In this document: positions 41,322-51,266 of the stretch, one piece after another | Layout: each line of letters begins with the position of its first letter | Numbering within the stretch: position 1 is the first letter of the stretch | Assembly: GCA_913040915.1 (NCBI GenBank) | Contig: CAJWHW010000004.1 | Location: 15,351 to 79,350, forward strand | Direction of reading: 5' to 3' | From: an uncultured Fidelibacterota bacterium | Lineage (GTDB): Bacteria > Fidelibacterota > Marinisomatia > Marinisomatales > UBA1611 | Length of the DNA: 64,000 nt | Program-made: the position numbers and the translations under genes | The notes under the pieces: generated by a model | Database searches by the model: none | What the model saw: the letters and a program-made list of their open reading frames with translations, nothing else | What the model was told of the DNA's origin: nothing

Positions 41322-42755
41322 ATGTCACTAAAAAGTCTTGGTAAGCAGTCACTCATTTATGGATTGGGCCATATTATATCCCGATTAGTTACATTCCTTT
41401 TATTACCGCTTTATACGAATGTTTTTACAACGGAAGAATACGGTGTTGTTGCACTTTTCTACACTTTTCTGGGATTCATGAATGTTATTATGAGATATGG
41501 ATTAGGTGCAGCTTTTTTAAAATATTATGTTCCAGCAAGTCCTAATGATAGAAATGCTGTTTTATCCAATGTTATTACTTCGCTGGTGATGACGGGAATT
41601 CCATTTTTGATTATTTGGCATTTTGCAAATGAATTACTTTCTCCAATAATACTTGGAATCAATGAGCCAAGTTACATATCCATCATGGGAGTAATTATAG
41701 TTGTGGATACAATTTGGTCAATTCCCTTGTTGGGCTTTCGCGCTGAAAATCAACCATTATTGTTTACAGCATATAGTTTACTTAATGTAGGTATTACTAT
41801 AGGATTAAATCTTTTTTTGATATTAAAAATGGGCTTAGGGATTAAAGCTATTTTCTATAGTAATTTGACTGCTTCTATCATAGTTCTGATATTGTGCCTT
41901 CCTTTTATTTGGAAACGATTTGTTATTGCAGATATTTCCTTCAATCTCTGGAAAAAGATTCTTTCTTTTGCTGTCCCTTTTTTGCCTGCAGGGCTTTTTT
42001 CTATGACTATGGAACTAGCTGATAGATATATTCTAAAAATGCTTACAGATCTTTCAACAGTTGGTATTTATAATGCTGGGTATAAAGTTAGTATGTTAAT
42101 GATGCTCGCAGTGACTGCTTTTAATTATGGTTGGCAACCTTATTTTTTGGAAGAAGGAAAACAAGGAGAAAAAAATCAATTATTTAGCAGGATCACCACT
42201 TTTGTTGTAGCAATATTGGGATTTATTTGGCTTCTTTTGGTATTGTGGGCTGATGATTTTATAAAAATAAAAATTATGGGGTATTCATTTTTAGGAGAAG
42301 ATTTTCAATCTTCTCTTTCAATCGTTCCTTGGATAGGACTGGGATATGTATTTTATGGGTTTTATGTGCTACAAACTCCTGGATTATTTTTAAAAAACCG
42401 TCCTGGGGTTGCAGCCTGGACACGGGGAGTAGGCGCAGTGACGAACATTATACTGTGTTTTTTACTAATTCCTCATTATGGTGCAAAAGGTGCTGCAGTA
42501 GCAACTTGCTTTTCTTTTATGGCTATGTTTATCATGATTTATCTGATGAATACAAAATTATATCCAATTGATTTGGAATGGAGCAAGTTAACTGCTATCG
42601 GTATCATGATGTTTTCTGGATATTTTGCTTCTCTACTCTTAAATGATCATTGGGGAGTTAATCTGATAATTACAGCACTTTATCCGATTCTTGTTTTATC
42701 ATCAAAACTGATAAAAACAGGTATGGTCGCAGAAATGATTGGTGATGATGAATGA
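41322..42755 (+). CDS. wzx: Wzx-type oligosaccharide flippase
   Basis: LLLPLYT..TEEYG, DRYIL, VGIYNAGYK and LLIPHYGAKGAAVAT motifs; many TM segments. Confidence 0.88.
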   Translation: MSLKSLGKQSLIYGLGHIISRLVTFLLLPLYTNVFTTEEYGVVALFYTFLGFMNVIMRYGLGAAFLKYYVPASPNDRNAVLSNVITSLVMTGIPFLIIWHFANELLSPIILGINEPSYISIMGVIIVVDTIWSIPLLGFRAENQPLLFTAYSLLNVGITIGLNLFLILKMGLGIKAIFYSNLTASIIVLILCLPFIWKRFVIADISFNLWKKILSFAVPFLPAGLFSMTMELADRYILKMLTDLSTVGIYNAGYKVSMLMMLAVTAFNYGWQPYFLEEGKQGEKNQLFSRITTFVVAILGFIWLLLVLWADDFIKIKIMGYSFLGEDFQSSLSIVPWIGLGYVFYGFYVLQTPGLFLKNRPGVAAWTRGVGAVTNIILCFLLIPHYGAKGAAVATCFSFMAMFIMIYLMNTKLYPIDLEWSKLTAIGIMMFSGYFASLLLNDHWGVNLIITALYPILVLSSKLIKTGMVAEMIGDDE

Positions 42756-43639
42756 ATGGGCTTCAACCTAATTTTTTTATTATAGGAGCACCAAAGTGCG
42801 GTACCACATCCATGTCAGTGTATTTATCGAGTCATCCTGATATCATTATTTCCAATCCAAAGGAACCACATTATTTCAGCAAAGATATTAATAACGGTGG
42901 TATCCGTAAAATGCAAGAGTACTTAGATTGTTTTTCATCAGTAGATAAAAAGGCCAATGCTATTGGGGAAGCATCAACGCTTTATCTTTATTCAAAAGTT
43001 GCGGTTCCAAATATATTGGCTTTTAATAAAGATGTTAGATTCATAGTTATGCTTAGAAATCCTAAAGAAGTTGCTTATTCTTATCATCAGCTTGCATTAA
43101 AAATGTTTGGTGAAACAGAAACAAATTTTGAAACAGCATGGGATTATTTAGATGACAGGCAAGAAGGTAAACATGTGCCAGCCGGCTGCCCAGATAATAA
43201 ATTAATTTGTTATGGTAACATTGCAAAATTTGGAGAGCAAATAGAACAGTTGCTTTCAATAGTGGATCATAAAAAAGTACATTTTATAATTTTTGAAGAT
43301 CTGGATAAAAATCCAAAAAAAGAATTTCAAAGTGTACTTGAGTTTTTAAATCTAGATTCACACTACCAGACAAACTTTGTAATTCATAATCCAACTCAAA
43401 CTATCAAAAATTTATTTGTTACAAAAATGATAAATAAAGCTTTCGGGATGAAAAAAGCTTTGGGTATTACAAAGCAATTCGGTATTGCAAATAAAATTCA
43501 TTCATCAAATATTAAACAGGGAAAACATAAGTTGTTAGATAATCAACTGTTAATCAAAATGAATGAATTTTTTCATGATGACATTCAGTTATTATCAACT
43601 CTGTTAGATAAAGATTTTACTCATTGGCTAAAAAATTAA
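42752..43639 (+). CDS. Sulfotransferase
   Basis: 5'-PSB GAPKCGTT, KEPHYF, GEAST and 3'-PB LRNP..AYS motifs. Confidence 0.9.
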   Translation: MNGLQPNFFIIGAPKCGTTSMSVYLSSHPDIIISNPKEPHYFSKDINNGGIRKMQEYLDCFSSVDKKANAIGEASTLYLYSKVAVPNILAFNKDVRFIVMLRNPKEVAYSYHQLALKMFGETETNFETAWDYLDDRQEGKHVPAGCPDNKLICYGNIAKFGEQIEQLLSIVDHKKVHFIIFEDLDKNPKKEFQSVLEFLNLDSHYQTNFVIHNPTQTIKNLFVTKMINKAFGMKKALGITKQFGIANKIHSSNIKQGKHKLLDNQLLIKMNEFFHDDIQLLSTLLDKDFTHWLKN

Positions 43640-44610
43640 ATATAGGTTTTATTGGCGGTACTGGGCGCTGTGGCACATCTATTTTACGCAGAATTATAGC
43701 TTCCCATTCTCAGGTTGCGACCTTGCCGACTGAATACAAGATTACTATAGAGCCAGAAGGAGTCATAGATTATTACAATAGTTTTTCTAGTAGCTGGTCT
43801 CCCTATTTAGCAGATCAAAAACTAAAAAGATTAGAATCCTTTTTATACTCCCTTTCATCTAAATCAATAGTAGATAAGTCAATTCATTATTTATTAAGAA
43901 TATTTTCAATATTTGGAATACCAATTACACCAAAAGTGTATTTAGATTTAGAACTTAGTAGATCAATACCTTCATACTTACATCATGTAGACACTTTAAT
44001 TAATGAGCTAACAGACTTTACGTATTCTGCTAATAGATTGGGTATGGATAGTTACACATTACATCCAAAGATTAGATATGCTTCATTTGCAACCAAATCA
44101 GAACTCCAACCAGTTTTTAAAAAATTTATTTCAAATCTTATTAAAGATTTTTTAAAGCACCAGAAAAAAGATTTTTTTATAGAAGATAACACATGGAATA
44201 TTCTCTTTGCTAATGATTTGTTACAAATTTTACCTGATGCAAAATTTATTTCGATTATCCGAGACCCAAGAGATGTAGTCACTTCGCTTGCAAACCAACC
44301 ATGGATGCCAAATGATAAAAGTAAAGTAGCAATCATATATAATGATATAATGTCCCATTGGCTTGAGATCCAAACAAAGTTACCAGTGAATCGTTGGATA
44401 CAGATTAAATTGGAAGATTTAACCCGTACACCGGAAAAGGAGTTAAAAAATATCTGTTCTTTCTTAGAGCTTCCATGGGAAGCTCAGTTACTTGAAATGG
44501 ATTTAACAAAATCAAATTCAGGGCGATGGAAAAAAGAAATTCATAATCACGAAACCAATCAGGTTTTGTCCCTACTACAAGAAAATATTGAATTATTGGG
44601 TTATGAATAA
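43624..44610 (+). CDS. Sulfotransferase
   Basis: GGTGRCGTS, PDAKFI.IIRDPRDVVTS, KLEDL and GRWK motifs. Confidence 0.88.
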   Translation: MAKKLNIGFIGGTGRCGTSILRRIIASHSQVATLPTEYKITIEPEGVIDYYNSFSSSWSPYLADQKLKRLESFLYSLSSKSIVDKSIHYLLRIFSIFGIPITPKVYLDLELSRSIPSYLHHVDTLINELTDFTYSANRLGMDSYTLHPKIRYASFATKSELQPVFKKFISNLIKDFLKHQKKDFFIEDNTWNILFANDLLQILPDAKFISIIRDPRDVVTSLANQPWMPNDKSKVAIIYNDIMSHWLEIQTKLPVNRWIQIKLEDLTRTPEKELKNICSFLELPWEAQLLEMDLTKSNSGRWKKEIHNHETNQVLSLLQENIELLGYE

Positions 44611-45832
44611 GGCAAATGTTGCTCTTAGGGAATTCCCATTTCCTGCTCATTGCGCGGTTGCAATATCCAGCGATATTGATAATGCAAGTTCTGTTGATTC
44701 TTTTAAAGAGATTATGAATTATTTTAATAGTTCATCTAATACAATCTTTGGTAATGGCTTAGGGTTAGAAGTTGGAAACAGTTTTTGGTTTTATACAAAC
44801 TCAAACAAACCGCAACTTTCATATTTTGAAGGTATCACAACCAGAAAAAGTAAATTTGCACCTATCATTCGTGAATTATGGAAGAGTGGCCATATTGATA
44901 CGATGCATTCTTGGGGTAATTTTGACTTGGGTGGCTTCGATAGAAGCCTGGCAGATGCTGGATTGAATGAGCTGCAAAAATGTTCAACAAAGATCCCTGT
45001 TTGGGTCAATCACGGAGTTGGTTTAAATCTTCAAAAACTAGGTAACTACCCTAATATGAAAGGAGATGATCCTAGTCATGATGCATATCATTTAGATCTA
45101 TCGGTTGAAGCTGGTTGTGAGTATTTCTGGATCGGGAAAACAACCCATATCATTGGTCAAAATTCACACCCATCAATAACAAACAAATTAAAATTAGGAT
45201 TACAATGGCTTATTAAACGCACAAAATATTACGGGACTAAAGATCCAATATATGATGATGGGAATGAACTTCTTTTTCCAATTGAATTTCGTGATGGTCG
45301 GAAAATGTGGGAGTTTATTCGATTTATTAATGCTTGGGGACAAGAACATATTTTAGATATTAATGAACTTACCAAACAGTTGAATCCTAGTATTATCAAA
45401 AGGCTCATAAAAAACCAAGGTTATATGATATTGTATACACATCTCAATGAACATGTTGATTTAGCGGGCTTGCCACAGTCATTAGTCAAAAATTTATTTT
45501 ATTTACAAGAACATGTTGTGAATGGCAATATATTGATGGGGACGACATCCAGAATCCTTAAATACAAAGAAATCCGAGATTATCTATCTTACAAGATTGT
45601 TGAAACTGATAATGAAGTTAAAATTGAAGTTCAGGACTTTATAGAAACTCCAATTGGGGTCAAAAAAATTCAAGAGAATCAATTAATGGGAGTCACCTTC
45701 TATTGTGATACTCCGGAAAAAACCACCATATTACTGGGAAAAACCAAATTAGATTTTAAAATTAACCCTAAAGATGAGACAGGCAGACAGTCCATATCAA
45801 TACCTTGGCAAAATCTGATTTATCCTAGTTAA
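44603..45832 (+). CDS. Hypothetical protein, possibly a polysaccharide-deacetylase-like fold
   Basis: AISSDID, DTMHSWG, WVNHG and LYTHL are candidate metal-binding motifs; located in the glycan cluster. Confidence 0.55.
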   Translation: MNKANVALREFPFPAHCAVAISSDIDNASSVDSFKEIMNYFNSSSNTIFGNGLGLEVGNSFWFYTNSNKPQLSYFEGITTRKSKFAPIIRELWKSGHIDTMHSWGNFDLGGFDRSLADAGLNELQKCSTKIPVWVNHGVGLNLQKLGNYPNMKGDDPSHDAYHLDLSVEAGCEYFWIGKTTHIIGQNSHPSITNKLKLGLQWLIKRTKYYGTKDPIYDDGNELLFPIEFRDGRKMWEFIRFINAWGQEHILDINELTKQLNPSIIKRLIKNQGYMILYTHLNEHVDLAGLPQSLVKNLFYLQEHVVNGNILMGTTSRILKYKEIRDYLSYKIVETDNEVKIEVQDFIETPIGVKKIQENQLMGVTFYCDTPEKTTILLGKTKLDFKINPKDETGRQSISIPWQNLIYPS

Positions 45833-45834
45833 AA

Positions 45835-46929
45835 ATGGCGATTAAAATTTTATATATTTCTCCAGAAAATACAGTTGGAACTCTCACTCTATGGAAATTG
45901 GAGCATGAATCCCGTGGTAATTATTGTCGTACAGTAACATTTTTTAGATCACCAAAAAATTTTAAAGAAGATATTTGTCTTAACCTTCCCTTTAATTTTA
46001 CAAGAAGGAATATGTCTTTTCTTCGCAATCAGCTATATAAATATTACAGAGGTGAAGAAGGTTATTTTAAACCAAAAGAAGGTTATCCACCTGCTTGGCG
46101 GCCAGAAGGATGGCTTGATACTATGTTTTTTAAATTTAAAGATTTGTTATGGAAGTCCATTATTAAAAAAGCAATTAAAGATTTTGATCTATATAATTTT
46201 GATGTGATTCATTATGAAAGTGGTTCAGATTTTTTAAAAAATGAATTTTTTGTTAAAGAAATACATCGTAGAGGGAAAAAGATAATCGCCCATTATCATG
46301 GAGAAGATTTACGCTCTAGTGGCGTTATGCCATTTTTGGATTCAGTCTCAAATTTAAATTTAACAAATGAAATAGATTTACTAGATAAACATCCAAATAT
46401 TAATTATTTATTTTTACCATATGATACATCAAAATTTTCAGCTAAAAATAAATTAAGTGATACAATTGTTGTTTCCCATGCCCCTACAAACCGATTCTAT
46501 AAAGGATCTAATTTTATTATTTCAGTTTGTAAAAAATTAGAAAAAGAAGAATTAATTCAATTTGATTTGATCGAAAATCTACCACACTCAGTTACATTAG
46601 ATAGAAAGTACAAATCAGATATTTTTATTGATCAAATAGGTGATAGAGGAGGCTGGGGTTATGGGATGAATTCCGTTGAGTCATTATCCATGGGAATTTG
46701 CACTCTAACAGAGATAAATGATCAATGCCATAATTTTATACCTGACCATCCTTTTATAAATATAAACAAATATAATCTAGAAGAAACGTTGAGAAACCTA
46801 TGCCAAAATAAAGAAGAGATTATAAAAAAGGCACAGGAGGGCAGGAGGTGGGTCGTTAATCATCATGATATTAAACAAGTTGCTAAAAAACTTTACACTT
46901 ATTATAGTATGATTGGATTGCCAGTTTGA
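45835..46929 (+). CDS. GT-B fold glycosyltransferase
   Basis: YHGEDLR, HAPTNRFYKG, DIFIDQ and GYGMNSVESLSMG motifs. Confidence 0.8.
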   Translation: MAIKILYISPENTVGTLTLWKLEHESRGNYCRTVTFFRSPKNFKEDICLNLPFNFTRRNMSFLRNQLYKYYRGEEGYFKPKEGYPPAWRPEGWLDTMFFKFKDLLWKSIIKKAIKDFDLYNFDVIHYESGSDFLKNEFFVKEIHRRGKKIIAHYHGEDLRSSGVMPFLDSVSNLNLTNEIDLLDKHPNINYLFLPYDTSKFSAKNKLSDTIVVSHAPTNRFYKGSNFIISVCKKLEKEELIQFDLIENLPHSVTLDRKYKSDIFIDQIGDRGGWGYGMNSVESLSMGICTLTEINDQCHNFIPDHPFININKYNLEETLRNLCQNKEEIIKKAQEGRRWVVNHHDIKQVAKKLYTYYSMIGLPV

Positions 46930-48017
46930 AAGCAACTGTATACAATCCCAAATATATTTTTTGGGCTAAAGTAGTAAGTTTTTTGCTATCACCATTTTAT
47001 TTTGTTTTGAATTGTATTAGGCCATCTTTTTATTTTGATCAAAATAAAATAAAATCTATCTTAGTTTGCGAATACCATCGTATTGGCGATGTGCTATTAA
47101 TTATACCAGTTCTACATTTATTAAGGAAACATTACCCTAAAGCAAAAATAACCTTGTTGTGTTGTTCATCTGCCAAGTTATTAGTGGCAGATCTAAAAGT
47201 TGTCGATGAGGTTATTGAAATTGATGTCCCTTGGACTACATGGAGTTTTTCACCTTTTAAATGGATAAGGGCTCGGTCTTATGCTCGGACCTTAAAAAAG
47301 AAAAATTTTGATTTAGCCATTGATTTTAAAGGTGATTTACGTAATAGCTGGTTTTTATGGCATATAAAAGCCAAAAAGAGTTTAGGATATACCGACACAG
47401 GCGGATCTATGTTTTATACTCATCCAATAAATCCACCTTATGGTATTCATCAAAGTAGTAGAGCATTGGCATTAATATCCCATCTTGGTCTTGACACTCA
47501 ATATTCTCCAGATAAGAAAATTTACTTTCATGATCATGGTTCAATTGTGTTACACCCTGGCGGGTCAGATCCAAAAAGAATGTGGCCAAAAGCAAAATGG
47601 GTTAAATTAACTGAATTACTCTCGAAGGAGCATACATTAACTATGGTAAAAACCCCAGATTCCAATGCTGTTGTTAAACAAATAATTGAAAAACAATTAA
47701 ATGTAGATTTCTTTGAAGACAATTTAGTTCAATTCAAACATTGGCTTGGAGGGCAAAAACTTCTTGTTTGCATCGATTCAATGCCGGGACACTTAGCAGC
47801 TTATTTAGGTATTCCGACTGTTTCTATTTTTGGTTCTCAAGATCCAAAAATAACACGGCCTCTCGGTAAATTAGTAGAAATTGTCACTCCGGATTTTCCA
47901 TGTAATCATCAACGCTCTCATTGGCGATTATGTAACTTGTGTATGGAAACAATAACAGTGGACCAAGTTTTTAAAGCAATAGAAACCTTAATATATAGAG
48001 CTGTAAGTAATCAATAA
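46926..48017 (+). CDS. Family 9 glycosyltransferase (heptosyltransferase-like)
   Basis: IGDVLL, LHPGG..KRMWP and DSMPGHLAA..GIPTVSIFG motifs. Confidence 0.9.
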   Translation: MKATVYNPKYIFWAKVVSFLLSPFYFVLNCIRPSFYFDQNKIKSILVCEYHRIGDVLLIIPVLHLLRKHYPKAKITLLCCSSAKLLVADLKVVDEVIEIDVPWTTWSFSPFKWIRARSYARTLKKKNFDLAIDFKGDLRNSWFLWHIKAKKSLGYTDTGGSMFYTHPINPPYGIHQSSRALALISHLGLDTQYSPDKKIYFHDHGSIVLHPGGSDPKRMWPKAKWVKLTELLSKEHTLTMVKTPDSNAVVKQIIEKQLNVDFFEDNLVQFKHWLGGQKLLVCIDSMPGHLAAYLGIPTVSIFGSQDPKITRPLGKLVEIVTPDFPCNHQRSHWRLCNLCMETITVDQVFKAIETLIYRAVSNQ

Positions 48018-48026
48018 ATATAAATA

Positions 48027-48054
48027 TTGCCATTATCTTCTTTATTTGTAAATT
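48027..48054 (+). promoter_or_regulatory. Candidate sigma70-type promoter for the small membrane protein pair
   Basis: TTGCCA-N16-TAAATT. Confidence 0.35.
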
Positions 48055-48117
48055 TAGTAAATAGAAAAGGGATTGCCCTTCAGTTCCACGAATTACAAAG
48101 GACAATTCATAAAAAAA

Positions 48118-48144
48118 AGAACTTTGATAAGTTATCATTGTTCT
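48118..48144. promoter_or_regulatory. 27-bp inverted repeat (operator or leader hairpin)
   Basis: AGAAC-TT-TGATAA-G-TTATCA-TT-GTTCT. Confidence 0.45.
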
Positions 48145-48175
48145 GACCAAAGAACCAAACCATGGAGGTATCGGC

Positions 48176-48385
48176 ATGGCTGACTTGAACTCAACCGTAC
48201 AAAACGCAGCGTCAGGAATCGTTGGCATTATTAAAGCACTGATTGTGCTATTCGTATTTGTCAACATTGTTTATTCCACACAATTTGACCCAATTGGTGG
48301 GATTGTTGACTTGGTAAACACATTTCTGGATGGTGGTTTTGCCGGTCTGCTAGCTCTGCTGGTTTTTCTCTCGTTTCTGGGATAA
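48176..48385 (+). CDS. Small hydrophobic membrane protein (GFAG-motif paralog 1)
   Basis: Strong SD GGAGGT; amphipathic N-terminus and two hydrophobic segments; similar to the next ORF. Confidence 0.85.
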   Translation: MADLNSTVQNAASGIVGIIKALIVLFVFVNIVYSTQFDPIGGIVDLVNTFLDGGFAGLLALLVFLSFLG

Positions 48386-48400
48386 ACACACAGGTATTGA

Positions 48401-48431
48401 CACAGGGTCTAATTTAATTTTGGGCCCTGTG
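48401..48431 (+). other. Intercistronic RNA hairpin
   Basis: 12-bp stem CACAGGGTCTAA/TTGGGCCCTGTG (with G-U pairs), no U-tail. Confidence 0.6.
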
Positions 48432-48451
48432 CCTAATAACAGGAGGAAAAT

Positions 48452-48670
48452 ATGCTGAAAGACGCATTGCAGACCGTTAACGGGTGGCTTGATCAAGTCA
48501 TTGACTTGCTCAAAACTCTCATTATTGTAGGTATTATTGTTGGAATTTTGTTTGATGACTTCTTTGGAGTCATTGCCGGATTGGGTCGAGTTATGGCTCA
48601 GTTTGGGGATGCAGGTTTCGCAGGTATACTTGCTTTGATGATCCTCGTTATGTGGTACGAAAAAAAATAG
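48452..48670 (+). CDS. Small hydrophobic membrane protein (GFAG-motif paralog 2)
   Basis: Strong SD AGGAGG; GFAGILAL motif; basic C-terminus. Confidence 0.85.
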   Translation: MLKDALQTVNGWLDQVIDLLKTLIIVGIIVGILFDDFFGVIAGLGRVMAQFGDAGFAGILALMILVMWYEKK

Positions 48671-48690
48671 AACGAATCTTATGTTCGCTT

Positions 48691-48726
48691 TAGCGCCCTG
48701 GTACTTAACTGGGGCGCTATTATTTT
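48691..48726 (+). terminator. Rho-independent terminator
   Basis: Stem TAGCGCCCTGGT/ACTGGGGCGCTA followed by TTATTTT. Confidence 0.75.
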
Positions 48727-48990
48727 AGCAAGCCTTAGTAGTACATAAAATAAGTGCTCATAACATAATAGCTGTACTTATTTTCAATATGGTATTTTAT
48801 CTCTATCCATTATTCAGAGATTTTAAATCAGGCTATTTGTAAATAATTGAAAACAAAGTTTGGGTGCTTTATTTTCCCCATATGCTAATTTTTCAGGCAT
48901 AATTATTGATCCGAGCAATAATTTTTATAATTAATTATAAATTAGTCATTATATTGTTCGGGAACAGTCAGTCAGGATAAATTCAACCTT

Positions 48991-50466
48991 ATGTATTTAA
49001 GAATCTTACTCATTTATCTGTTCATCTTAAATGTGTTACCGGGTGAAATCCATGTCTTTAATCGTAGCACAGGAAAGGAATCAGAGATCAAAACTCTTCT
49101 GGATTCTAAATTATTGTATATTTCTACAAAAGATCTTTCCAAGTCTCTATCTTCTAAGTTATATGAAAATACAGAAAGAAAGAAGCTAGTATTATACATA
49201 GCTGGTCGTAAAATAAAGATTTCAGGATATACAAGCTATATCATGATAGATGACCAGCCCTATCAAATGCATCAAATAACTAAAGTTAAATCCAATGATC
49301 TTTATGTGCCGGCACAAGAATTTTTAAAAATATTAAAATTAACGGTATTACCAGGGATTAATTTTGATTCGAAAAAAGAATTTTTAGATATTGATATTGT
49401 TCGATACAATATTACAGGTATTCATGTTGATGTAAAATCAAATGGTACAATTATTCGTCTTACAACAAGAAAACCATTTTCTGATAGAAATATTAGTTCA
49501 TTTATTAATAAACACGGGTGGTATTATTTAACAGTGGCAGGTGCAATAGTTGACACTACCAATATTAATAATGGTTTAACTAGAGGTGCAGTACGAAAAA
49601 TTGAATCCGATCAAATTGGCGAGACTGCTCAGGTGGCATTCAAATTGGGTACTGAGATAATTAGTCACGAATGGTTCCAAAGCTTAGATCCAAATGAAAT
49701 TGTAATCACATTAAGAACGCCTTTAGGGCAAGTTCAAGATAGAATTGATGATGTGAAGGACAAGTGGCGTTTGGACAGGGTGGTTTTAGATGCTGGTCAT
49801 GGTGGAAAAGATCCTGGGGCAATAGGTAAATATGGTACCAAAGAAAAAGATGTTGTTTTAGATATTACCAAACGATTAGGGCGCCTAATTGAAAAGAACA
49901 CCTCAATTAAAGTTGTATATACCCGTGATGAAGATGTGTTTGTCCCTCTGATGGATCGGACTAAAATGGCAAATGATGCCAATGGAAAATTATTTGTTAG
50001 CATTCATGCTAACGCAAACAAAAATAGAAAAATCCAGGGATTTGAAACCTACCTTTTGAGACCAGGGAAAAGCCAAGATGCTATCGAAGTTGCATCAAGA
50101 GAAAATTCTGTAATAGAACTAGAAGACTTTAAGGATCAGTATGCAGATCTGACAGGGGAGAATTTGATAATGGCAACAATGGCTCAAAGTATGTTTATGA
50201 AGGAGAGTGAAGATTTAGCTGCAATTATACAAATGGAATTAGATAAAAGACTTACCACTCCTAACCGTGGCGTTAAACAAGCAGGTTTCTATGTTTTAAT
50301 TGGCGCATCAATGCCAAATGCTTTAGTTGAAGTTGGTTTTTTATCTAACCCGCATGAAGAAAAATTATTAAAACAAAGTAAATATAAACAGTCAATTGCA
50401 GAGGCTATTTTTGCGGGTATTAAACATTTTAAATATTCTCGAGAGAAATTATTAGCAGGTGAGTAA
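48991..50466 (+). CDS. N-acetylmuramoyl-L-alanine amidase (Amidase_3)
   Basis: LDAGHGGKDPGA, EKDVVL, FVSIHAN and LVEVGFLSN motifs; signal peptide. Confidence 0.93.
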   Translation: MYLRILLIYLFILNVLPGEIHVFNRSTGKESEIKTLLDSKLLYISTKDLSKSLSSKLYENTERKKLVLYIAGRKIKISGYTSYIMIDDQPYQMHQITKVKSNDLYVPAQEFLKILKLTVLPGINFDSKKEFLDIDIVRYNITGIHVDVKSNGTIIRLTTRKPFSDRNISSFINKHGWYYLTVAGAIVDTTNINNGLTRGAVRKIESDQIGETAQVAFKLGTEIISHEWFQSLDPNEIVITLRTPLGQVQDRIDDVKDKWRLDRVVLDAGHGGKDPGAIGKYGTKEKDVVLDITKRLGRLIEKNTSIKVVYTRDEDVFVPLMDRTKMANDANGKLFVSIHANANKNRKIQGFETYLLRPGKSQDAIEVASRENSVIELEDFKDQYADLTGENLIMATMAQSMFMKESEDLAAIIQMELDKRLTTPNRGVKQAGFYVLIGASMPNALVEVGFLSNPHEEKLLKQSKYKQSIAEAIFAGIKHFKYSREKLLAGE

Positions 50467-50468
50467 AG

Positions 50469-51266
50469 ATGGATAACAGGCCTATAGGAGTTTTTGATTC
50501 CGGGATTGGCGGTTTAACTGTAGTGGAAGCCTTGGCTAATGAATTACCAGATGAATCAATTTTATATGTGGGGGATACGGCTCGAGTGCCATATGGGAAT
50601 AAAAGCAAAGACCGGATTCAGGAGTTTTCAAAACAGATTACTAAATGGCTTATCAGCAGAGATTGTAAAGTAATAGTTGTGGCATGTAATACAGCATCTT
50701 CACTTGCTTTGGATTTTTTAAGATTAAACTTTAATCTGCCAATTATAGGCGTAATCATACCTGGGATACAATCCGCTATAGAAACTACACAGAATAAACA
50801 TATTGGTGTATTGGGCACTATAGGTACAATCAAATCAGATGCTTATGGACAAAGTTTAAAAAAGATTAGTGCTGCAATTACAGTTGTAAGCCAGTCTTGT
50901 CCATTATTTGTCCCCTTAGTAGAAGAGGGCTGGGTACATGGGCATGTACCAAAATCTATTGCAAAAAATTACCTGATGACGATTTTAAACTCCAAGGCTG
51001 ATACTGTTATCTTGGGATGTACACATTATCCATTGTTAAAACCAGTTATAAGCAGCATATTAGGTTCAGATGTAAATCTGGTTGACTCAGGTGAAGCTAC
51101 TTCTGCAATGGTTAAATCTCTTTTAAAAAACAATCAATCACTTGCAGATAAAAGCCCAGGAGAAATTCATTGTTTTGTAACTGATTCTCCTGAAACATTT
51201 AAGACTCTTACAGGTAGATTTATTAAGACGGAAATTTATTCAATTCAGCACATTGACATCACCTGA
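50469..51266 (+). CDS. murI: Glutamate racemase
   Basis: FDSGIGGLTV, PYG, ACNTAS and LGCTHYP motifs. Confidence 0.97.
   Translation: MDNRPIGVFDSGIGGLTVVEALANELPDESILYVGDTARVPYGNKSKDRIQEFSKQITKWLISRDCKVIVVACNTASSLALDFLRLNFNLPIIGVIIPGIQSAIETTQNKHIGVLGTIGTIKSDAYGQSLKKISAAITVVSQSCPLFVPLVEEGWVHGHVPKSIAKNYLMTILNSKADTVILGCTHYPLLKPVISSILGSDVNLVDSGEATSAMVKSLLKNNQSLADKSPGEIHCFVTDSPETFKTLTGRFIKTEIYSIQHIDIT

Noticed and set aside
48727..48990. ncRNA in the intergenic region before the amidase
   Set aside because: Only AT-rich inverted repeats (e.g. TTTATAATTAATTATAAA); no recognisable tRNA, riboswitch or sRNA features.
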